A stretch of DNA of 59,290 bases, the filler included, from Piptocephalis cylindrospora (Eukaryota): assembly GCA_003614145.1 (NCBI GenBank). It is 2 parts of 2 records of this genome, joined end to end, with 100 filler letters (N's around TTAATTAATTAA, not from the genome) between each part and the next. Parts side by side here need not be neighbours in the genome. Positions count along the whole stretch, not along the records: positions 30,084 to 59,290 come from KZ987757.1; 1 more part is not named here. One strand, 5' to 3'. Both the position numbers and the translations under genes were made by a program. Position 1 is the first letter of the stretch. The number at the start of each line of letters is the position of its first letter. The notes under the pieces are model-generated. The model was not told the DNA's origin. It saw nothing but the letters and a program-made list of their open reading frames with translations, and did no database searches. This document shows, piece after piece, positions 51,723-59,290 of this stretch.

Positions 51723-52845
51723 TTAGTCATCCACTTCTCCCACTTCCCCTTCCAGCTGAGCTCGATCCATCCGGGCCTTACGAGCCTTGAGCTGCTCCTC
51801 CAGCTTCTTGGCTGCATTGAATATCCCACTAGTGGGGTTATTGCATGCAGCGCACTTGGCCGTCTTTTGAAAGCGCTTTAGGGCACAGGCTTCGCAAAAG
51901 TAGTGCCCACACTTGGTGACAACAGGTCTAGTAAATTCCTTACGGCAGATGAAGCAGGCAAAAGGCAAACCATCTTCCCCGAGCAACTCATCGTCACCCT
52001 CCTCATCACTGTGGATCCGAAAGTCCTCCTCAGCCCTCCCTCTAGTCCCGATCGCGGCTCGTTGCTGCTCCTCCCACTCCTTTTCCAGCTGCCAACCACT
52101 CTTGTAGTCCCCGCGATCATGAAGGAAGATACATGTATCCCCGTACCCACAAAATCCCGTCTCCTTGTAATCCTTGCAGATATTGGGTTGGTAGTCAAAA
52201 CGAGAGGTAATTCGTAGATGGGAAGGGGCCTTTTGGGGTCCAATGCTCATCTTGGAATCCATAATCCCATCCTTTGGCTTCTTCTGAAAGGTCCGGTATT
52301 GTCCAGCACCACGGTAAATTCCATCTGGGCCCTCATCCACCTAAAGCAAGCGAGTGTGTGCACGAACGGTTTGTTAATAGAATGCGGTGGGAGTGGAAGG
52401 AAAGAGCATCGCTATTAAAAGTACTTACCTCTTGCTCCGCTAGGTGCTGGGCCAGTATCTTCTTGGCCTCCCGTTCCTCATCGCCGTCAAGATCTACAGT
52501 CCTTGTTGCTTGTTCCTTCTCCTTTTGCAAGGCATCCTTACTAGCACTAGCTCCAGGGGCAGATCCATCTGTAGGCTCCGTTGGGGCTGCCGGTGCTTCT
52601 TGGGCTCGTCGTGAGGACCGTTGGAAGAGGGGGTTTCTATCGTTCTTTACCCGTCTTTTTCTTCCCTCGGCGATGTTGGCTGCGATCCCTCCCTCAGACT
52701 CGGACAGATCTGAATCTGAGTCCTGGGTCGATGGCTCCTCCACGGCTTTTGTCCGGCCACCCATCCTTCCTGGGCCCTTCCTGGCACGTTTGCGAAAGAG
52801 TGAAACCGTGGTCGTGGATCTTTCTAGTGCTTCATCCGCTGACAT
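51723..52845 (-). CDS. CWC24: Pre-mRNA splicing factor Cwc24/RNF113A (CCCH + RING), 2 exons
   Basis: DYQPNICKDYKETGFCGYGDTCIFLHDRGDYKSGWQLEKEW; RING CFICRKEF...CGHYFCEAC...CAAC. Confidence 0.96.
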
Positions 52846-53627
52846 GACGTATATTAAAGGAATGGAGCTGTGGGATGAGTCGGATGGACAAGATGGGTAA
52901 TGCAGGAAGAAAAGGTCCGCTTGGACAGGAATGTGTGTTGCACAGGCGGTGTGCCATACTTGCACCCTCTCTTACCGCTTCATGATAGGAAAGGCTTTGC
53001 CTGATATTCCTACTGTACGAGAGTATATAGATAGTTGGGTAATCATCCTGATATGGTAAAATCAGTGGAGAGCCAAAGGGATCTAGATGTGCCCATCCAA
53101 TCATTCATATTTTCCATGCACAGTCAATGAGCCTCTAGGATCAAAAGGGTTGGCTACAGCCCCATCATGTACACAAGGCTCACAGTGACTTGAACATGGT
53201 TCACTAGGAAGGAATCCAACTGAATGACATCTGCCCTTCTTGTATGTTTCACTTTAACGAGAAACCTTTATTATTACGTTGTTGTTATGAGGGGTTATGA
53301 CGTATAGTGGTAGTATTCGATATCATCTCCCTTAAATGTGGTAACAACGTCACACCGGGATATCTGATTTGATTTTAATCTGGTCGCTGTGTTGGAACCC
53401 TGGTCAGTTGAATTCGTGAGTATAGATGACCTGATCCTGCAGACACACGCTAATTGACCGTGATGTATGTAGTTTAGATATCAATGATTTCCTTCTTCTA
53501 GAACAGCTTTTTGAGGTTCCTCCCATGTGTAGAAGCCCTCACATTATCGTATCCTTTGGACAAGGGCAGTTTTGCCGTCATCGCCATCATGATCCGAGTT
53601 CCTGAGACCACACCCTTCAGCAACATG

Positions 53628-53634
53628 TATAAAA
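53628..53634 (+). promoter_or_regulatory. TATA box of the I78-like gene
   Basis: TATAAAA about 125 bp upstream of ATG 53754. Confidence 0.55.
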
Positions 53635-53753
53635 GAGACTAGGATCTAGCAACTCGCTAAGCTCAATCTAACCTATTACCCTTCTATCCATCAACCACAT
53701 ATTCTCTCTCGCATCCATCCATTTGTCTTCATATTTCTTACATATCTACCATC

Positions 53754-54011
53754 ATGAATACTGCCACCTACAAAGACGCCGAGACCTGGAACAGGGCCTT
53801 GCTTGGAAAGACCTTTGTCTCATCCGCAGATAAGGCCAAGAACCAGGGTCAGGCCAATGTAGAAACCGCCTCTGCCTTCACAGAGGCCGACCTTCCGAAG
53901 AAGCACCGGATCATTAAGCCTGATGAGCTCACTACGACAGACTTTGTTGAGGACCGCTTGAATGTGACCTTGGATAGTGCAAACAATGCTACTCGCGTCC
54001 ACTTTGGATAA
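53754..54011 (+). CDS. Small peptidase-inhibitor I78/I13-fold protein (85 aa)
   Basis: LLGK...DLPKKHRIIKPDELTTTDFVEDRLNVTLDSANNATRVHFG matches the R-I-I-x-P-x-x-x-x-T-x-D-F-x-x-x-R-L-N-V...G pattern of potato-inhibitor-like I78 proteins. Confidence 0.8.
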   Translation: MNTATYKDAETWNRALLGKTFVSSADKAKNQGQANVETASAFTEADLPKKHRIIKPDELTTTDFVEDRLNVTLDSANNATRVHFG

Positions 54012-55232
54012 ATGCTCCTCGGTGGAACGTATACGCCATTACCGAGGGTGATATTTGAATGAATTCTTTTGTTGCTGTCGTGATCACCGTTACTGTGCAT
54101 GAGCTTCCAAGGTTGAGTGGACCGACCTCTAATGAGTCTACTAAGGTTGTTGTTGACTCCTATAAAACTACTCAGATCGTTTTTGAACAACTTGGCAATG
54201 CTCTTCCGTAAACGGTCAGCTAGTGTAAAGCAGTATTATTGAAATGACCTCAATGTACTAGTACTAATGTACTTCAAGACCAGATCTGAATTCGGATAAG
54301 ATAGGATATGTGTCCCACCGCACTCATATACCTCTAGGTAGTGGGAAATAAGACTTAAATAATAATAGCCCTCCTCATTTTGGTGGATGGTATGACCGAG
54401 GTAGTTGATCGAAGGTCGTTGGTCTTGTCATCCATCCATCTGTTTGTATAAAGTTAAAACATTAGTGTTAGTGTTACATGTCAGAAACCGTGACTTGAGA
54501 ATGTGGTTCACCCAACGGCGGAGCTTAAAGGCAGGATCCCACCCTCCTGGGTGGTGAGAGGAGTAGGAGGGAAAAAAGAAAAATTCCCTTAAAGCGAGGG
54601 GACCGGCTTGAGACAAAAAGAAAAGCTTAAAGAGAAAACGCCGCTATAGCGTCAGGATGGTCTTTGGGGGGAGGGGCGGGAGTCGGACTTTATAACATTG
54701 CCCTTTCACCCACTGATCCGATGAATCATGGATGAGGAGCATGGTGGTTGTAAACCATCTAATCATTACGAGTTGAATAAAACTTTGAAGGATACTAAGG
54801 GTTGCGGCACGTTCGATTATGAGAAAAGAGGGGAAATGTACCCATGCATTACTTGATTTGGTGAGCTTAAACACCCATTACGTCAATATTAGCTCTCTAC
54901 TACCAAAGCTGTTATGCATAAATATTCAATCGAAATAAATACATCTATGATGCTGTTCGATCCCATTTCATTTCTTGCATACGTCCACCCCTTCAGCCAT
55001 CCACCGCTTCGTCCCCCCCCCCCGATCTCAGTACTTTTTCTTCCAAAAGGAGTTTACTAGCTCAGTAAGCACTGCGAGCATTATGAATTTGGACAATCAG
55101 CAATCCACCAAAGGACAAAAGGATATCCATACCCCTATGGCGTACGTATGTCGGGAAAGAGCATATTAAAATGCAGATGATGATGATCATAACAGCAGTG
55201 GCTCTAACTCCATATCCTACCCGAAATGTAGT

Positions 55233-56786
55233 ATGCCCCGACCCATCAGAGGGACTCCAGTAGGCTCTATACCTAACCAGGAGCATGACCAGATCCCCAC
55301 AGAAAACATGGATAGATTTCTCTCCATGTTCACTTTTCCCGAAAATGGTGTTCGTCCCTGTCAATGTCTGGACACTCATAAGCTTGTTTATGGATACTCA
55401 GAAGGGAGCAGTGAGGGGCCTTGTAGACTCACCTTTTCTTGCAATTCGCTTCCAAATGTTCCGGAAATTGAGGCATGCGTCTACGTTGACGGAGTGATTT
55501 GGAACCTAAAGGATCTTCCAGTGACTGTCCCAGTCAAGGTCTTCTCTAATCCCGTACAGTCATCAGTCGACCCTCGGAGCCGTCAATATGTCCGCCGACC
55601 CAGTAATGGGAGTATCATGGCGATGACCTCAGTCCCTCAGTGTCTATTCGGACGCATTGGCCAAGCCATCTCTATCCATGTCATCTTTCCTCGGCTGAGC
55701 CCCACATTCACCCCAGGAGGTAGTGGAGAGCTCCCAGCATACCTGATCAGGCTATGGCAGGATTTGGTTGTGAATCCAGCGTACAAATCTTGCCTTCCTA
55801 GATCGTACCTTGAGTCTCTGGAAACTACTAACAAGGCGATGGATAGTCCCAATTCCAAGGATTCATCTGGGATTTTCCTTCCTCCCTATGAAGTCCTACG
55901 GGTAACTCGGACCATGCGAAAGCTGGTGGAGGACGATGACTTTCTCCGCTGCCGTTTTGGAGAATTCTTCTTTCATGTGGCCTTTCACAATATCCACCGG
56001 ACTGTCACCATCCCTCTCGTCAATCTCTCGCAGCCAGAAGAAGTGAGGCAATGGAGGGAAAGGGCGCTAAAGGAGTATGTGGAGTTGTTTGATGAAGGTG
56101 AACGGGAAACCATGCAGCTGGATGTGGGGCTGAGATTCATCGCATCTGGCTCTGCAGTCATTGCCCACGGCCCCATTCATCTATTATGGAAAGCAGATCC
56201 CTCTCTCCAACTTGGAGGGGGCACTTGGAGGTCCCCGAGATGGAAGAGATGGTGGACGTTCCCCAATGCCAGTTCCATGGAGGTTGGCGGAGCACGTGAT
56301 AATGTGGTGGACTTTAACGGGAGTCCACCGGATGTCAGCTATGTCCAGACGTCCAATATGGATGATACGGTTCTTCATCGTGTGTCATCCCGTTTGACTT
56401 CGAACCTGACGTGGAGAGATATGCAATGGTCTAACCGACGGTTTTCTAGCTCCTGGGAAGAGATCATGAAGTGCATCGAGGGTGGGGCACGCACTTCATG
56501 GAGTACAAAGCTTCAAGTGCGGATGTCTTCCAAGCTCTTTTATGGTACCACCGATCTTGGAGGACTTCTGCATACAGGAAGCGCGCTGTGTCGCAATGTA
56601 GAAGACTACTTCATGGCCATGCCCTCCTTGCTGGTTGCCAGATACAAAGCTGCGAATATGTGGACAGTCAGAGATGGCGCAATGCGTGTAGATGCCCATA
56701 CTGCTCCTGGCCGTGTCCCGATGGATCCTGAAAGACAGGGATTCATGCGTGTTCTTGAAGAGATGTACCGCATGTTTCTACCATGA
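55233..56786 (+). CDS. Intronless 517-aa protein of unknown function
   Basis: Long uninterrupted ORF with globular composition; no recognised catalytic motif. Confidence 0.7.
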   Translation: MPRPIRGTPVGSIPNQEHDQIPTENMDRFLSMFTFPENGVRPCQCLDTHKLVYGYSEGSSEGPCRLTFSCNSLPNVPEIEACVYVDGVIWNLKDLPVTVPVKVFSNPVQSSVDPRSRQYVRRPSNGSIMAMTSVPQCLFGRIGQAISIHVIFPRLSPTFTPGGSGELPAYLIRLWQDLVVNPAYKSCLPRSYLESLETTNKAMDSPNSKDSSGIFLPPYEVLRVTRTMRKLVEDDDFLRCRFGEFFFHVAFHNIHRTVTIPLVNLSQPEEVRQWRERALKEYVELFDEGERETMQLDVGLRFIASGSAVIAHGPIHLLWKADPSLQLGGGTWRSPRWKRWWTFPNASSMEVGGARDNVVDFNGSPPDVSYVQTSNMDDTVLHRVSSRLTSNLTWRDMQWSNRRFSSSWEEIMKCIEGGARTSWSTKLQVRMSSKLFYGTTDLGGLLHTGSALCRNVEDYFMAMPSLLVARYKAANMWTVRDGAMRVDAHTAPGRVPMDPERQGFMRVLEEMYRMFLP

Positions 56787-58492
56787 AAACCAAAAGAATT
56801 TTGCTGATCAGAGGGAGCAATAAGGAAAATCAATCCTGAAGATGAGGTGGTATCATTCTTTTGGTGACTGAAGCGAAATTGTGAGGTAAGCGTGTGCATG
56901 AATGATCGATCTTGTGAGGAGCAACATTTAGATGTGTCTCACTACCTCTCCCACTATCACGTGTATATTCACAGGCCTCCCATAAAGCCCAGGGTGATGT
57001 TTCAACCGATGAACGAATTTGGCGGAAATATTGCTTTGGAACTTGCTAGAGAATTGCATAATCAATAATGGTTCGTATTGATGCTTTAGAATAAGTCTGT
57101 AGATGTAGTATATGAACATGCTGTCCTTGTTACTTACTCTCTCTTTCTCCATCACACTTCCCTATCCTTTTCAGAAATGGATCCTTTGATAGTAGAAGCC
57201 CATGGGAATATGCCTTTCTGAAGTTTCTATTTACTTGGAAAAGCACGAGGGATCCTATTGTGAAATGGACTATCGGGGGGTACAAAGACATTAGGATTTT
57301 CTCCATGACCGTCTTTACCTTACTGCTCCTTTTGATAATGGCACTTGTTGAAACCATTTTATTTTCTCTAGTGGGGTGGGCGTTAAGAGCATCCGAACAC
57401 AATACCTGCCTCATTCGGCTGGCCTGCGTGGCATCAGAAACAATGTTCCCGAAGTCTGCCCTGTACTGTAATTTTTTGAATGAACACTACAGAAAGCCGT
57501 TAGCGCATCCCCTCTTGGGGTAGATGGCCATGAAATCCACAAGGAAGATGGTAGCCAGCAGTGGAGGCGGTGCCATTGGGGTTCTTGAATTTGGCCTAGT
57601 GCAAGGGAGGGATAACACACTCGGAGTCGAGCCTAAAGGAAGAAGACTAGACGGCAGACTGCCGGACGTATTAAATTCTCGTAGTTCTACCCGGCTCGCT
57701 AGACGTGACAATACCGAGACCCTTTTATTGTGGCAGTTGGAGAATAGAAAGCTGGCGAAGGTACCAATTGAGTATCTCGACTAGGTCAATAATATGAAGA
57801 TAAGGTCAAGATGTACTAGCTATGGTCCCGTTCAATCGATACGAAATATCCAAGCGTATTCCCATCGAACCGCTTAGACCAACGACGCCCTTGATTTTTC
57901 AGAAACCTTTATTCTACCGTGCAATGTGACTGTGGTGCATCTAAAGAATTAACACCAGAAGCCAAGCGAAGGCATAGCGCAAGAAGGTATCGAAAGAAAT
58001 ATGAAAATGTGTTTTGAGGGAGGGCTCATTCTCCCTCGTAACCAAAGTCCCTCAATCCCCTTTCTTAGACCTTGTCCAGCCCTCTGATCACCTTTTATAA
58101 TAGAAAACACGACCATAGTTTCATCATGCGACGTGAGCACGATTCTTGACAATAATACTCATCCAAGATATCCTCGGTTGGGCTTATCACCAACTGGCTC
58201 CTCCTGTTAGCTGTATATCTCTATACCACATTATATTATGGCTTTTCTATTCCCCAATACATCGGATTTACTTTCTCATTGCCTGGTCCTCATAATAATA
58301 CTGGTAGTGAGAGGAACTCCAGCAATACTGCTTTTACTCTGGGTATTCAGGGAAGAGGGGAGGGAGAAGGGGGCAAAAACGACGCATTATACTTATCCGC
58401 CCCGTTTCTCATTTCTTCCAAGTCACCAATAGCTACCCCTTCATGTTAATGATTGTTCAAATCGATCAACATAATGTTCATGCCTCTTTCAA

Positions 58493-59290
58493 ACTTCATT
58501 TTCCAAGAGCTGATTTGACACCATATCCCAAAAGGAAATCACATCTGTAATGCAAAGGGACATTTGAATAGTCCAGGGATTGCGATAGGTCTTCAACTTT
58601 CCATATTGGCAGGGCAGTTTCTTCCTAATTGCATTGTTCCTAGCTAAATCAACTCCTCATTTGCTGGTATAAACAAAATAAAGCCTTGATGTATGTGGGC
58701 CTCCGGAAGAACCTGATGATGGGAGTGCTTACGATTCATTCACACGAACACCCCCACAGAGAGATGCACTACTCTACTACCCTATCCAATCCCACCTTGT
58801 CCCGTCCACCCTCCCCGCTTTCTGAGTTCCCCTTACGCGGTGGTCATGAGCCGGGGGGCAATGTTCATGGCCATGAGCTCCTGGAAGAGAAGCTTGGCTG
58901 CATAGGGAATCCGCACGAGGGCAATCTGCGTCTTGTTTCGACAGGCCCGGCATTCGTAGATGGCCTTTTTCAGATGAGCTATGGCCATAAGCCCGCAAAG
59001 TTCACAAACGTGAACGCGGTAGGCGTCCGATGCATCAAAGAGACGCTCTTTGAGAAATGTAGCCGCACCATGGGAGATCATGCAATCCCGCTCCATCTCT
59101 CCAAACCGCAAACCTCCGTCCCTAGACCGGCCCTCCACAGGTTGCCGAGTGAGGATCTGAAGAGGGCCCCGAGATCTGGAGTGAATCTTGTCATCCACCA
59201 TGTGCTTCAATCTCTGATAGTATGTAGGCCCCATGAAGATGTGATTTCCTTTTGGGATATGGTGTCAAATCAGCTCTTGGAAAATGAAGT
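58493..59290. repeat. Perfect 54-bp inverted repeat (58493-58546 vs 59237-59290)
   Basis: ACTTCATTTTCCAAGAGCTGATTTGACACCATATCCCAAAAGGAAATCACATCT is the exact reverse complement of the last 54 nt of the window. Confidence 0.93.
58833..59240 (-). CDS. RPB2: RNA polymerase II second-largest subunit, C-terminal fragment (5' truncated)
   Basis: [36 protein letters not shown], zinc site CELCG...[24 protein letters not shown]. Confidence 0.96.
   Translation of the reverse strand: MFMGPTYYQRLKHMVDDKIHSRSRGPLQILTRQPVEGRSRDGGLRFGEMERDCMISHGAATFLKERLFDASDAYRVHVCELCGLMAIAHLKKAIYECRACRNKTQIALVRIPYAAKLLFQELMAMNIAPRLMTTA

Overview
Eukaryotic, intron-containing, gene-dense fungal DNA (~50% GC). A soluble HDEL calreticulin and the gene style suggest an early-diverging fungus, possibly Zoopagomycota (inference). 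The window is two contigs joined by an artificial spacer (N44-TTAATTAATTAA-N44, 29984-30083), so adjacency across it is meaningless. Contig 1 carries fumarase, Vps51, an HMT1/ABCB6-type half ABC transporter, a saccharopine-dehydrogenase-like oxidoreductase, glucosamine-6-P deaminase, a double-AAA ATPase with a degenerate first domain, a small secreted I9-propeptide-like protein, a YEA4-like nucleotide-sugar transporter, CMC1, a DHR2-like helicase and MOD5. Contig 2 carries RAD2/XPG, synaptojanin, calreticulin, a hypothetical protein, importin-9, tRNA-Phe, a PHD-JmjC demethylase, CWC24, an I78-like inhibitor, an intronless 517-aa orphan and the RPB2 C-terminus. The main feature invisible to the ORF track is a spliced non-coding host gene on the minus strand (~20.1-21.75 kb) with one box C/D snoRNA per intron. 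In order these are snR57, snR55, two snR61 copies, a U18-region guide shifted by 3 nt, and one more candidate. The window ends in a perfect 54-bp inverted copy of upstream DNA that truncates RPB2, probably an amplification chimera. All calls are from reading the sequence; no database searches were run.
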